Assembly (NCBI GenBank): GCA_951406725.2 | Contig: OX597816.1 | Coordinates: 10,292,001-10,356,000, forward strand | Reading direction: 5' to 3' | DNA length: 64,000 nt | Source: Octopus vulgaris | Lineage: Eukaryota | Shown here: positions 51,663 to 64,000 of the stretch, piece by piece | Layout: each line of letters starts with the position of its first letter | Numbering within the stretch: the stretch's first letter is position 1 | Notes under the pieces: generated by a model | The model's input: the letters and a program-made list of their open reading frames with translations, nothing else | Told to the model about the DNA's origin: nothing | The model's database searches: none | Program-made: the position numbers and the translations under genes

Positions 51663-51988
51663 GAAGGCACATGGCTTAGTGGTTAGGGGTATTCGGCCCA
51701 TGGTCGTAAGGTCGTGAGTTCAATTCCCGGCAGCACGTTGAGTCCTTGAGCAAGACACTTTATTTCACATTGCTCCAGTCCACTCACCTGGCAAAAATGA
51801 GTAGCACCTGTATTTCAAAGTGTCAGCCTTGTCCCAATCTGTGTCATGCTGAATCTTTCCGAGAACTACGTGTTAAGGGAGCACGTGTTTGTGGAGTGCT
51901 CAGCCACTTGCACGTAAATTTCCTGAGCAAGCTGTTCTGTTGATCATATCAGCTGGGACCCTCGTCATCGTAACCGACGGAGTGCTCC
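51663..51988 (+). mobile_element. Family D SINE
   Basis: tggcttagtggttag (A-box-like), gagttcaattcc (B-box-like), tail gtaaccgacggagtgc. Confidence 0.85.
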
Positions 51989-52275
51989 TATAACTGTAGA
52001 TAGATGTGAAATAGAGAGACGATGTAAAGGAAGTGGGGTGGTGTACATGTACACTGACAGGGATGGCAGTGAGAGGCATGTACTTTTTTTACTCTTTTAC
52101 TTGTTTCAGTCATTTGACTGCAGCCATGCTGGAGCACCGCCTTTAGTCGAGCAAATCGACTTATTCTTTGTAAGCCCAGTACTTATTCTATCGGTCTTTT
52201 TTGCCGAACCGCTAGTGACGGGGACATAAACACACCAGCATCGGTTGTCAAGCAATGCTAGGGGGACAAACACAG

Positions 52276-52321
<46 letters not shown>

Positions 52322-52544
52322 TCAATATAGGGTGGCAAAAAAAAAATTTTGTAGAATTTTTTTGCCACCAGCGGCCTAGTGGGAAAAAATTAAATAGTCA
52401 TATACCATTTATAAGTTCAACACCACAATCAAGGAACGGCCATAATAGGCCATTCACCCACTAGAAATAACAGCCAAAGCTTTAACCGCAAAATAACATT
52501 AATTCCGTAAACCAGGAGAAAATTAAAAAAACATTTACCCTGTA

Positions 52545-52651
52545 ATTTCTTATACGATGCACCGTTTCATCTACTGTTTAATGGTAAACTAACCTGATTA
52601 AATTAAATCAAGCCAATCTTCCATAGGCCCTTAGATTCCTCAGTAAGAAAT
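52545..52651 (-). ncRNA. Type I hammerhead ribozyme
   Basis: Reverse complement of the 53032-53138 motif. Confidence 0.8.
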
Positions 52652-53031
52652 AGCCAGAACGGAACAGATATTTTCACGAGGCATTTCCGTCCCTGCCTCG
52701 GCAATATCTGACCTAAAATTTTCAAATCATCGCACTCGCGCCAAATTTATCGGCAGCAAATAAATATAAGCCGCCGATTCCATTACGGAATCAACCAGAA
52801 AATTCATAATTAATCAATATAGGGTGGCAAAAAAAAAAAAAAAAATTTTGTAGAATTTTTTTGCCACCAGCGGCCTAGTGGGAAAAAATTAAATAGTCAT
52901 ATACCATTTATAAGTTCAACATCACAATCAAGGAACGGCCATCGCGAGTGCGATGATTTGAAAATTTTAGGTCAGATATTGCCGAGGCAGGGACGGAAAT
53001 GCCTCGTGAAAATATCTGTTCCGTTCTGGCT

Positions 53032-53138
53032 ATTTCTTACTGAGGAATCTAAGGGCCTATGGAAGATTGCCTTGATTTAATTTAATCAGGTTAGTTTACC
53101 ATTAAACAGTAGATGAAACGGTGCATCGTATAAGAAAT
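53032..53138 (+). ncRNA. Type I hammerhead ribozyme
   Basis: Stem I ATTTCTTA/TAAGAAAT; core CTGAGGA; stem II closed by ATCTA/TAGAT with a long insert; GAAA; quasi-palindromic stem III CGGTGCATCG; GUA cleavage triplet. Confidence 0.82.
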
Positions 53139-53528
53139 TACAGGGTAAATGTTTTTTTAATTTTCTCCTGGTTTACGGAATTAATGTTATTTTGCGGTTA
53201 AAGCTTTGGCTGCTATTTCTAGTGGGTGAATGGCCTATTATGGCCGTTCCTTGATTGTGATGTTGAACTTATAAATGGTATATGACTATTTAATTTTTTC
53301 CCACTAGGCCGCTGGTGGCAAAAAAATTCTACAAAAATTTTTTTTTTTTTTTTGCCACCCTATATTGATTAATTATGAATTTTCTGGTTGATTCCGTAAT
53401 GGAATCGGCGGCTTATATTTATTTGCTGCCGATAAATTTGTTAAGTGCGATGATTTGAAAATTTTAGGTCAGATATTGCCGAGGCAGGGACGGAAATGCC
53501 TCGTGAAAATATCTGTTCCGTTCTGGCT

Positions 53529-53635
53529 ATTTCTTACTGAGGAATCTAAGGGCCTATGGAAGATTGGCTTGATTTAATTTAATCAGGTTAGTTTACCATT
53601 AAACAGTAGATGAAACGGTGCATCGTATAAGAAAT
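53529..53635 (+). ncRNA. Type I hammerhead ribozyme (next tandem unit, 497 nt downstream)
   Basis: Same architecture as 53032-53138. Confidence 0.82.
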
Positions 53636-54255
53636 TACAGGGTAAATGTTTTTTAATTTTCTCCTGGTTTACGGAATTAATGTTATTTTGCGGTTAAAGC
53701 TTTGGCTGTTATTTCTAGTGGGTGAATGGCCTATTATGGCCGTTCCTTGATTGTGATATATATATATATATATATACACATATATACTACAGGCTTCTCT
53801 CAGTTTCCGTCTACCAAATTGACTTCACAAAACATTGGTTGGCCCAAGGCTATAGCAGAAGACACTTGCCCAAGATGCCACGCAGTGGGACTGAACCCGG
53901 AACCATGTTGTTGGTAAGCAAGCAACTTACCACACAGCCACTCCTGCACCTGTAGGGTGTGAATATTATGACAATTATGGTGGGTGGTATCGATGACAGA
54001 TATAAGGTGTTGAGAGGAATGAGATCTTCATTGAAAATAAAATGTTAAGTGCTGACATTGGGAATACATGACGCTTTTAATCTCTGAAAGTCTGAAACTT
54101 CTCGTGTTTTCTTTCACTATTTCTCTTTTTCTCTCTCTCTCATTCTGTTTTACTATTTGTCTGTCTCTCCCCCACTTTCACTCTCTCTTTCCATTGCAGT
54201 CAGTAAACTTGCTCCACATTGATTAGTATTTTCAAGGATACAGGGTTTAACTTAC

Positions 54256-54442
54256 CCAACATGAAAACTGGATTTGGCGAACTGTAATGATGCAACTGAT
54301 TCAAGTAGCAAGTAATTGATTAATATAAACAAGGTTTGCAGTGATCAATGCAAGGTGAAGCACATCAAATGCCTTCTTCTTCATTACATCAGATTTAATT
54401 CCAACCCTGTTGACATGTATCTTTGTAATACAACCAGATGAA
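54256..54442 (-). other. Candidate exon (187 bp)
   Basis: tcttgctttcctctttcatcccag|TTCATCTGG...CATGTTGG|gtaagt; strong splice signals in unique sequence. Confidence 0.55.
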
Positions 54443-54530
54443 CTGGGATGAAAGAGGAAAGCAAGATTAAGGAATTATGCCTTTCTATATTTTTATTTTT
54501 CCTCTTTGTAATTATCAGAAAGTCATCATA

Positions 54531-54698
54531 GGCATAGGAGTGGCTGTGTGGTGAGTAGCTTGCTTACCAACCACATGGTTCCGGGTTCAGTCCCACTGCG
54601 TGGCACCTTGGGCAAGTGTCTTCTACTATAGCCTCAGGCTGAGGCTGACCAAAGCCTTGTGAGTGGCCTTGGTAGATGGAAACTAAAAGAAGCCCGTC

Positions 54699-54738
<40 letters not shown>

Positions 54739-54880
54739 TTGTGTGTCTGTGTTTGTCCCCCTAACATCGCTTGACAACCAATGCTGGTGTGTTTACGCCT
54801 CCGTAACTTAGCGGTTCGGCAAAAGAGACCGATAGAATAAGTACTAGGCTTACAAATAATAAGTTCTGGGGTGGATTTGC
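54531..54880 (+). mobile_element. Family A SINE, 3' end fused to a family B fragment
   Basis: Family A consensus up to ggggtggatttgc, then agaatttgaactcagg. Confidence 0.85.
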
Positions 54881-55600
54881 AGAATTTGAACTCAGGATAT
54901 AAAAATGGACGAAATGCTGCTAAGAATTTTGCTTGGTGTGCTAATGATTCTGCCATCTCACCACCTTGGAAGAAATAATGGTATGAGACAGCAGTTCAAT
55001 ATCCTCTGAAATATGTCCTTCACGACAGGTTAAAAGGATTCTCAAAAAGTGAGTATTATCAGATTCTGATTATTAATCACCCACAGATAGCATGAAACAT
55101 GTTACTATTATCAGCGAGAGTGTTCCCTAGCTATGAGCAATCTAGGCTCTAACACCCTCATTGCTGAACAGTGCTCCAGTCCCCAACTCTATACTCTATA
55201 CCCATCCCTACAGAGAACTTCCTGCAGCACTTGTTACACTTGTTACAGTAAGCAGAGGAGGGCAGGAACCATTCAGCGTGTGGTTGTTTCTATAATTTCT
55301 CTTGTGTTGGGCTGACACAATGAACCTTGAATGTGCTCTCAGCGTATTATATATAAACACAAGTCATCCTCAATCAAAAAAAGAAAACTTTTTAAAATCC
55401 TTGTCAGCAACATCATCTGGCAAAGAAATATTTAACCAAACAGCACCGTTCTACAAAGGAGATTTAAAACTACGTAGATTAAAAAGAATAACTTAATGAA
55501 ATATCATCTGGTTCAACCCGCTTTTTAACCTAAATGTAAAAGTACAGCACATATTTACCTGACATTAGTTGCAACTAGTTCCCAGTGAACACATACACAC

Positions 55601-55653
<53 letters not shown>

Positions 55654-55723
55654 GCGGCATACATACACTTTGTTCTCTTATATGTATGTACACAAATTCA
55701 ATATATATATATATATATAAATA

Positions 55724-56960
55724 AAGGGTGCATAAGATATTTGGGGACAGATTTATGTTTATAAAAAAACAGATGTATAATAACAGACAATAACTTTATT
55801 TATCAAAAAATGCTATGAGGATAAAAATAAACCTTCTTTTCTATAATGTTATTCAATAAAGCCACCTTCAGCTTCAACAACTGCTTCTATATGAGATCTA
55901 AGTCATCTACATGCTTGAATCAAGTGGTCTTAGTTTATTTTGGACATTACTCTGACTATGGCAGCTTTCAAAGAATCTTTGGTGTTATGGGCAAGGTCAT
56001 TGACCTCTCTCTCTCTCTAAACAATGCTCCATATGTAAATAGCCCAATGGATTGAGATCTGGGGAATTAGGAGACCAAATGTTAGGGGTTATGTGGTCAA
56101 GAAAATTTTCAGCCATCCATTCCTGTGTTACTAGAGCCATGTGTGATAGTGCAGAGTCTTACTGAAACACATATGGCCTTCCATTGTGTGCACTGTCTAT
56201 CTAGGGCTTAACAATAATTTCCAGGATCTCAGTGTAGGTGGCCAAGTTAACTCTAAGGTCTTGTGGAAAGAAGTAAGGAGGCATCACATGTCCTTCATTG
56301 CTGACAACCCCTAAAAAACACTTGGAACTTCAGAAGGGTCTGCTCATAACCATCTGTCATTTCTTCTGTTAAATTTTTGATCTTGGTTGAAGTTTTTCTT
56401 GTTTGAGAAAACCAAATCAAATCTTCTGATGAATTTTTCAGTTTGTTTAAGAGCCTTTTAGATCTGATGTAGTGATTTTCTTTTGCTTTTTCTGACAAAC
56501 AGACCTTTCCTCATCATATAAAATTTATATCTGATGTCTTCGTGGACAACATTTCTGACTGTTCCTTCTGACACATGGAGATCTTTTGCAATTGACATCA
56601 CAGACTTACTGGGATTGTCTGTATGACTTGATGAATGGTCTGTTGGACATGCCGGATAAATTCAGGTGTTCTGATGATTTCAGAGCGTTTAGAATGCTTT
56701 TTTATGCTTTGCTACTGGTGAAACATTTCCATCTTCAGTCTCTAGCTTCTTACAAACTTTGTTGATGAAAGCTTTGGCAAATTTTAAAAACCAAGATATT
56801 TCTAAATCGTTATGCTCAGCCTTTATAACCACAATAATAGCATGACCCTTCATTTCTTGAGTAACCTGAGGGTCTGCCATTCTTATTTTCTGAAACAGAG
56901 TTAGCCAAAAAGCAGCAATGATCTCAAAAAGGTATGTCCTCAAATACCTTACGCACCCTA
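55724..56960 (-). mobile_element. maT-like (DD37D) Tc1/mariner-superfamily transposon, near full length, pseudogenised
   Basis: TIRs agggtgcataagatatttggggaca / tgtcctcaaataccttacgcaccct; broken minus frames SIAKDLHVSEGTVRNVVHEDIRYK, RSKRLLNKLK, PYVFQ*DSALSH, IWSPNSPDLNPL. Confidence 0.88.
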
Positions 56961-58504
56961 TGTATACATGCATGTGTGTTGAATGGTGTTATACGTCACT
57001 GATCACAATGCACTTCACATTGATTTAGCTTTCGGATGACACCCCCATCCCTCTGGCTAGGCAAGCAGGCCAACATTCCCCCTCCACCCTAATTAGAAAG
57101 TTATTCTGTCACAGGGTGACCTATTTACAGCTGAGTGAACTGGTGTAATGTGAAATGAAGTATTTTGCTCAAGAAAACAATGTGCAGCCAGTCTGGGAAT
57201 TGAAACCGCAATCTCATGATCCTAACCACTAGGCCCTGAGCCTTCACATATATGTGTGAGTGAGAGTGTTTTCTGAGTAACTTCAGTCTGGCGTCATGTT
57301 TAAATTCATAAATTTTAAACATACAGTTCGCACCTCCCTGTAAAAGTGCAAAGAAAACTATTAGCTCTGTAACAATTACATAAATATCATACTAATTGTA
57401 TATCCCAAGAATTCTTTAGAGACTGTTTCCAAATTTCCTTACATTTCACTTTAAACTGGTTTCTTCTACAAGAGAGATTCAGAGTTGATTCAGGAAATCT
57501 GACAGGACCATTGTTATGGTATTTGCTTCAAGACATTTCAAATGAAAATGTCAGATTATTCAATGCATCTACTACAGTCAACAAAGATGGTCTGTGGAAG
57601 ATAATGGCCTAAAATTATCTCAATTATAATCTTAATATTTCTGTTAGAATTGTAGCAATTGATAGGATATTTGACAGACGCTGGAATCCTAATGTAGATT
57701 TATAAAAGGTGGATTAAGAGACGGAGAGAAGAAACAATTTTATGAGATCAGAGGAAAAGTTCTCTGTCCCTAAAAGTACACATCACACCAGGAACAATTA
57801 ATACTGATACACTGCCATACATAATGAACCATATTGTAAATAGTTTATGAATTTATTCTTCTGATTCATAATACAATATTTGGATTTTGATCAAATTTGT
57901 TAGTCACACCTATTTCTTTATGCTAGCACAAATTAGATAAATATATCAAAGTATTGTTTTACAGCAGGATAACTTTCCTTTTGTTAATCCTTTCTGTGTA
58001 AGGAATATCTCATTCCAAGGGTCTTCAAAGGTGCAAAACCAGAAGAAGACCCATCGACAGGAGAAATGTATGAGGTGATGGTTTTTGTTGCTAGGCCTAA
58101 CACAATGTGAGGCAACTAGCATCATGAGTGACACCCAGACTCCAGTAGAAAAAAGCAAGCCACTGGATTTGGTTAGAAAGAGACAATAAGCAATGGCTAG
58201 AAGACTACAGAGAGAAGTCTATATAATTGAAAAAATTTGTCATAGGTATAAAGATCATCATCATCGTTTAACGTCCGCTATCCATGCTAGCATGGGTTGG
58301 ACGGTAGATACTATAAACAATTACAAAAATGGAGAAAAGATGTTAAAAAATCAAAATTGGATTTAATATGCACATACGAACGTTTCAAAGGGCAATACAA
58401 ATATGTAGGAAAAGATTATAATAATTAAAGTTATGTATTGTTGTTCTCAGTGTGAAGAATTTAAGAAAAAAACATCAAAAATGTTATTAATAAAAATCAA
58501 GAAT

Positions 58505-58691
58505 TACTTGTTTCAGTCATTTGATTGTGGCCATGCTGGAGCACTGCCTTTAGTCGATCAAATCAACCCCAGTACTTATTCTTTGTAAGCCTAGTACTTA
58601 TTCTATTGGTCTCTTTTGCCAAACTTCTAAGTTAAAGGAACATAAACACGCCAGCATCAGTTGTCAAGCAATGTTGGGGAGACAAACATAG

Positions 58692-58724
<33 letters not shown>

Positions 58725-59322
58725 CATATATACGACAGGCTTCTTTCAGTTTCCATCTTCTAAATCCACTCACAAGGCTTTGGTCGGCCCAAGGCTATAG
58801 CAGAAGACACTTGCCCAAAATGCCATGCAGTGGGACTGAACCCGGAACCATGTGGTTTGTAAGAAAGCTACTTACCATACAGCCACTCCTGAGCCTATAT
58901 ATCTCTTTCCTTTTCTCTTTTCTCTCTTTTACTTGTTTCAGTCATTTGACTGCGGCCATGCTGGAGCACCACCTTTAGTCGAGCCACTCGACCCCGGGAC
59001 TTATTCTTTGTAAGTCCAGTACTTATTCTATCGGTCTCTTTTGCCAAACCGCTAAGTGACGGGGACACACCAGCATCGGTTGTCAAGCAATGCTAGGGGG
59101 ACAAACACAGACACACAAACATACATGCACACATATATACATATATACATACATATATACGATGGGCTTCTTTCAGTTTCCGTCAACCAAATCCACTCAC
59201 AAGGCTTTGGTCAGCCCAAGGCTATAGTAGAAGACACTTGCTCAAGGTGCCACACAGTGGGACTGAACCCGGAACCATGTGGTTGGTAAGCATGCTACTA
59301 ACCACACAGCCACTCCTACGCC
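58505..59322 (-). mobile_element. Two adjacent family A SINEs (58505-58895 and 58925-59322)
   Basis: Two successive reverse-complement copies of the consensus. Confidence 0.9.
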
Positions 59323-59559
59323 TATATATATATATATCATCATCATCATTTAGCGTCCATTTTCCATGCTAGCATGGGTTGGACGGTTCAACTGGGGTCT
59401 GTGAAGCCAGAAGGCTGCATCAGGCCCAGTCTGATCTGGCAGTGTTTCTATGGCTGGATGTCCTTCCTAACGCCAACCACTCCGCGAGTGTAGTGGGTGC
59501 TTTTTATGTGCCACCCGCACAGCATTTATAAAAAACAAAAAACCAAGAAAAAACACAAG

Positions 59560-59730
59560 AAAAAAATAACGATGCGAGGGCGTGATACATGCAAAGTATT
59601 AAAAGATGCTTAGGGAAGGAAAGAAAGGTACTTTTACGTTTTGAGCAAAGCTCTTATTCAGAAACAGGAGACAGAAGGAAGTCCAAGAGGAAAGGAAGAC
59701 AGAGGAAAGAAAATATGCTAACATACCATA
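59560..59730 (-). mobile_element. Decayed relative of the 10800-10982 Penelope-like fragment
   Basis: Collinear with 10830-10980; hammerhead core mutated (CTGAATA...GCTCAAAAC) at 59632-59664. Confidence 0.6.
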
Positions 59731-60205
59731 TGTAGTTACACACACACACACAAACACATATATATATATATACATATATTTACAATGGGCTTCTTTCAGT
59801 TTCCATCGACTAAATCCACTTGTAATACTTTGGCTTTTCAGTGTGTGTAGAACCAACTATTATCCTCTGTTAAAGATAATTGCCCAAGGATTGAACCAGC
59901 AACCATCCAGTTTAGCAAGTAAACTTTTCAACTGCATGGCCACACCTATCCACTACATAGAATAGTAATTTGTACTTTAAGACTTTCATTACTTCTGTTC
60001 ATTTTAATCTAAATTATTCACAACTTTCTCATTTTTAAAGTAATTTTGCTAAAAAAAAAAACTTTATGAATTTGCTGACATCAGTGCTTTCGTTTTTTTC
60101 CTATTTTTAAAAATTTATTTCTTAATGTTATGGTTCATTTCATTTTTGATTATGATTCTATATATGCAGTTTTATTTTAGTTTTTAAAAATTCTTATAGA
60201 CTTAC

Positions 60206-60275
60206 TTGTTTTTCTTTTCCCTCATTTTTGTCTTTTCTTCTTATTCTTTCTCCAAATAACATTAATGCTTATTAG
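60206..60275 (-). other. Candidate exon (70 bp, purine-rich)
   Basis: ttatttatttttttttttttccag|CTAATAAG...GAAAAACAA|gtaagt. Confidence 0.55.
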
Positions 60276-60959
60276 CTGGAAAAAAAAAAAAAATAAATAA
60301 GACAACTGCAGATGTGGTTTCTGTTATAACAATTTTGGTTTGGCATAGATTAAGTCTGAAGGTGGGAAATATTTGAAAATTTAGCTTTGAGCGAGTGATG
60401 AGTGACATAAGAAATATAAAAAAAATTCTCTGGTTTATGCAGTGTGAATTAAAAGTTTAGATAAAGTTTCTGCTATTTTCTTGATTAAATTCACTTTCTC
60501 ATCATATTTTAAGCAATGCATCATTGCCGTTAAAAGATTGCATTAAACAAATTTTTATGTAACACCATTTCATTTAATGAAAATGTATTTATTGACAATA
60601 AAGAAATGCTTTTAAAAAATCTCAATAACTTCATTTATTTAATGGATCTTCTTTTTTATATTTCCTAACATGAAGAAATATGTTTTACTGAAAATCTATA
60701 AAAAAAATTTTTTCTTAATATAAATGTAATAATAAAAACAATAATTGTCACATTTTCATTTTAAAATTTTCTGTTTTAATATTGACAAAAAAAAAATTGT
60801 TGTTTGTCAAGGTCAAAAACAAAAGGTTATGGATGTTCTTTGGTCAGTGTACAACAGTTGAAGAAAGAATTATACTTAATAATAAATTACTATGGATTTC
60901 ATATTCAACAGAATTCATCATTGCCATCGTTGTTGTTGTTGTCATAGTCGTTGTTGTTT

Positions 60960-61340
60960 TATTAACCATCTTACAAACAATAACTCTGAGCACCTTTTCA
61001 AACTCCACCTGTCTAACACCCGTGGACATGTTTACAAAGTCAGAAAACAGCACAGCTCCCATGACTCCAGGAAACATTTTTTCACACCAAGAGTTGCTGA
61101 AGCATGGAACCAACTGCCGGCATCAGTTGTTAGTTGTCCGAGCACTGCATCCTTCAAAACTTCCATGCTTCCTGAGATTCGCCAACACTACACCTGATTT
61201 TCTCCCCTCCATACACACGCAAGCATGTATCTGACTCATACACCGTTCACTTCCCAGACATTTGTACATTACTGCATATGCTTTATACGCACTTTCTGAC
61301 AAGTTGTGGTGCACCTGAGCACTGTATACAATAATTTCAT
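60960..61340 (+). mobile_element. CR1-group LINE 3' end (ORF2 C-terminus and 3'UTR)
   Basis: SNTRGHVYKVRKQHSSHDSRKHFFTPRVAEAWNQLPASVVSCPSTASFK matches the CR1 TRGH...RxxFFxxRVxxxWNxLP...FK motif; ATT-rich tail; older relative at ~39520-39860. Confidence 0.85.
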
Positions 61341-61543
61341 CATCATTATAATTATTATTATTATTATACAATTATATCTGTTTCTTGTTGCTTACAAGGA
61401 TTAGACAGAATTTGTTGAGGCAGATTTTCTGCAGCAGCTGAATGTCCTTCTAGCCACCAGCTCTCACCTGTATCCAAGCAGGTGAGGTTGGCAGCTACAA
61501 GGTTAGAAATAAACACCACCATGTATATGACAGTGATACTCAT

Positions 61544-61750
61544 TTGCAGTTTAAAACTATTGCATTTGTGAAAACAAGAAGACACATTACATACATCAGG
61601 GCACTGGGATCTGTAACACACTGCCTAAGCACTAATCTTGAGAAATTAGGTTTTTCAAAACCAGAAAGGAGAAAGCTGATTGGAAGATTACAGATCCAAG
61701 CCATCACTGGAACTGTAAAAATCTGTAAAACTTTGCAGAGTTTATCATTA
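61544..61750 (+). mobile_element. 3' fragment of a restriction-like-endonuclease non-LTR retrotransposon
   Basis: IRALGSVTHCLSTNLEKLG...LQIQAITGTVKICKTL resembles the GALG...Q..A..GT..I C-terminus of R4/NeSL-type ORFs. Confidence 0.55.
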
Positions 61751-61976
61751 AGTATATATGCACATGTTTAGACATGAGAATACATATATGAATTAAAACA
61801 TACAAATCTGCACATGTACTGACTCCAAATACTGCACATACATACAGGCAAATATATCCTGTTGATGTTGAAATCCCAATGAAGGAGCCTTGAATCTAAG
61901 TTAGAAACTGACTCTTTTGCTATTGGCAAGGAATCTTGAAATAAAACTGAATAATAACATACAAATAAACAAACAA

Positions 61977-62355
61977 GCATAGGAGTGGCTGTGTGGTAAG
62001 TAGCTTGCTTACCAACCACATGGTTCCAGGTTCCGTCACACTGCGTGGCACCTTGGGCAAGTGTCTTCTCCTATAGCCTCGGGCTGACCAAAGCCTTGTG
62101 AGTGGATTTGGTAGATGGAAACTGAAAGAAGCCTGTCATATATATGTATGTGTATGCGTCTGTCTTTGTGCCCCCAACATCGCTTGACAACCGATGCTGG
62201 TGTGTTTACGTGCCCATAACTTAGCAGTTCGGCAAAAGAGACCGAAAGAATAAGTACTAGTCTTACAAAGAATAAGTCCTGGGGTTGATTTGCTTGACTA
62301 AAGGTAGTGCTCCAGCATGGCCACAGTCAAATGACTGAAACAAGTAAAAGAGTAG
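61977..62355 (+). mobile_element. Family A SINE
   Basis: Matches the consensus; aataaacaaaca on both sides (putative TSD). Confidence 0.9.
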
Positions 62356-63450
62356 AAAAACAAAGAATAAACAAACACCAGTAGACTTCCTTTAGTTTCC
62401 ATCTACCAAATCCTCTCACATGGCTTTGGTGAGCCCAAGGTTACAGCAGAAGATATTTGCTCAAATATATCTGTAATCGCATGGCTGGGAAGTAAACCTC
62501 TTAGCCACACAGCCATGCATTTGTCTACATGACAACAAACAATTAATATAGCGACAAGAACACAACGGTGTTTTTGTAATTATATTCAAATATTGTACTG
62601 GCATCAACTTTCAGTGAGAGTCACTTCAGCAAAAATAATAATTAGGATTGTCTTGCGCAAAGAAGTAGGAGATACTTCAGACCAAAATTTTCAATCTTTC
62701 TTTTCTGGTGGCACAATAATGATTCAGTTTAGGTTTTATAATCCACATGCAATTATTTTTATCCTAAAATCTGTTCCTGTTTTTTTTTTGTTTTTTTTTT
62801 TTACATTAGTTATTGCAAGAATGAAGCAAGTCATTATTTTATCAATACAGTTTCTAAGTTGAAGAGTTTTCCTCGGTTCATTACGTTCCCTTCTATGCAA
62901 ATATCTAATTTCTAGTCAAATCTTTATCAATCGTAACCAATTTATTGGCTGTATCCACAATACGTATCAGGATCAGCTGTGAACTTATTTGGTAATTAGA
63001 TCAACAATAGTGACTTCATTCTCATTATTGTTGATGGAGAACTAGGAAAGAAAAATACTCGTCTCTTAAAATATATTCATCATCAGAGGAATGAAAGGAG
63101 AAGAGGTACGAAAAACTAATCGAAGAGTGCAGAGAACAGGGATGGAATGTCGAGTATTACCACCTGGCAGTGGGGGCTAGGGGCTTCATTGAAAGGAAAA
63201 TGACTACACTATTCAAAAGAAAATTTGTTTTTTCTAGCTTGGAGCTGTGAAAACTAATAAGGAGAGTACAGGAGGCGGTCGAAAAAGCCAGCTTCTATAT
63301 ATGGCTGAAGTTAGAAGACCAAAAAAGGCTTGAAAGTCATAACATGCTGGCGGGAAGTAACATCACTAGGTGAGACAGGCTGACACTGAATTAGCTTTGC
63401 TGATTGACAGGTGATGGTATCGTTTAGAGAATGTGTGGGCTAAGACTATG

Positions 63451-63798
63451 CACCCTCCATTGGTCAGTTAAAGCTGAGACAGCGTCACCTGACAACTTGC
63501 TGGGGCTGCCTGCTGGAGCCTAGCAGCAGGTATTTAAAGGGAAATATTTGCCAAGACTGTCAGTCGCCCGCTGACACTCGTTGACGCTACATCAAAATGG
63601 CCAGGGAACAGAAGAAAGAAGACATGCACCCAACACAAGAGCTGAAGACACCTCCGAAAGGGGGGACCCGGCCACGTCAAAACGGTAGAGGAGTAGGGGC
63701 CGAAACCGGATGTGGTTCCTCCTGATGATATCTTGAGCTAACTGGATCCTATAAAGGAGCTGTTGTGGTAGCAGACCACGAAACACGGTTGTAATTCC
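63451..63798 (+). repeat. Interspersed ~340-bp repeat, copy 2 (copy 1 at 31201-31531)
   Basis: Direct similarity to 31201-31531. Confidence 0.85.
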
Positions 63799-64000
63799 TC
63801 ATCATTTAATGTTCGTTTTCCATGTTGGCATGGGTTGGATGGTTTTGATATGAGCTGGCAAACTGGAGACCTGCACAGGCTCTAATTGTCTAGTTTGACA
63901 TGGTTTCTATGGCTGGATGCCCTTCTTAATGCTAACTACAAGGTGCCACGCTGTGGGACTGAAACTGCAACCATGTGGTTGGGAAGCAAGCTTCTTACCA

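Larger units (their letters stand above)
52317..53757. mobile_element. Penelope/retrozyme-like element: ~495-bp unit in tandem and inverted, inserted in the (TA)n of a family A SINE
   Basis: Unit restarts at 52317 and 52809; orientation flips at 52942/52943; the family A SINE continues on both sides (52092-52300 and 53770-53951). Confidence 0.88.

Noticed and set aside
51663-51735. tRNA gene
   Set aside because: A/B boxes belong to a SINE head that continues into a repeat body; no complete cloverleaf. The same applies to the other SINE heads.

Overview
AT-rich, repeat-dense eukaryotic DNA, probably an octopus (coleoid cephalopod) locus. That assignment is inferred from the SINE repertoire and microsatellite load, not proven. 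No intact protein-coding gene is supported; the ORF track is almost all microsatellite or SINE artefact plus decayed transposase/LINE fragments. The window holds: dozens of SINE-type copies from at least five families (labelled A-E here); decayed Tc1/mariner and maT transposons; piggyBac-type and Tc1-type MITEs; a non-autonomous Helitron; CR1 and RLE-type LINE tails; and two families of hammerhead-ribozyme-bearing Penelope/retrozyme-like elements. Several GT-AG-bounded exons on the minus strand, mostly closed in all frames, suggest a long spliced non-coding or 5'UTR transcript running right to left. The most unusual signal is at 1455-2435: two fold-back hairpins with unrelated stems share the same 52-nt loop (49/52 identical) with the same boundaries. 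Other notable items are a ~495-bp tandem/inverted unit with three complete hammerheads (52317-53757) and SINE multimers with the same junction at three loci. All coordinates and alignments were read by eye; repeat boundaries are approximate.
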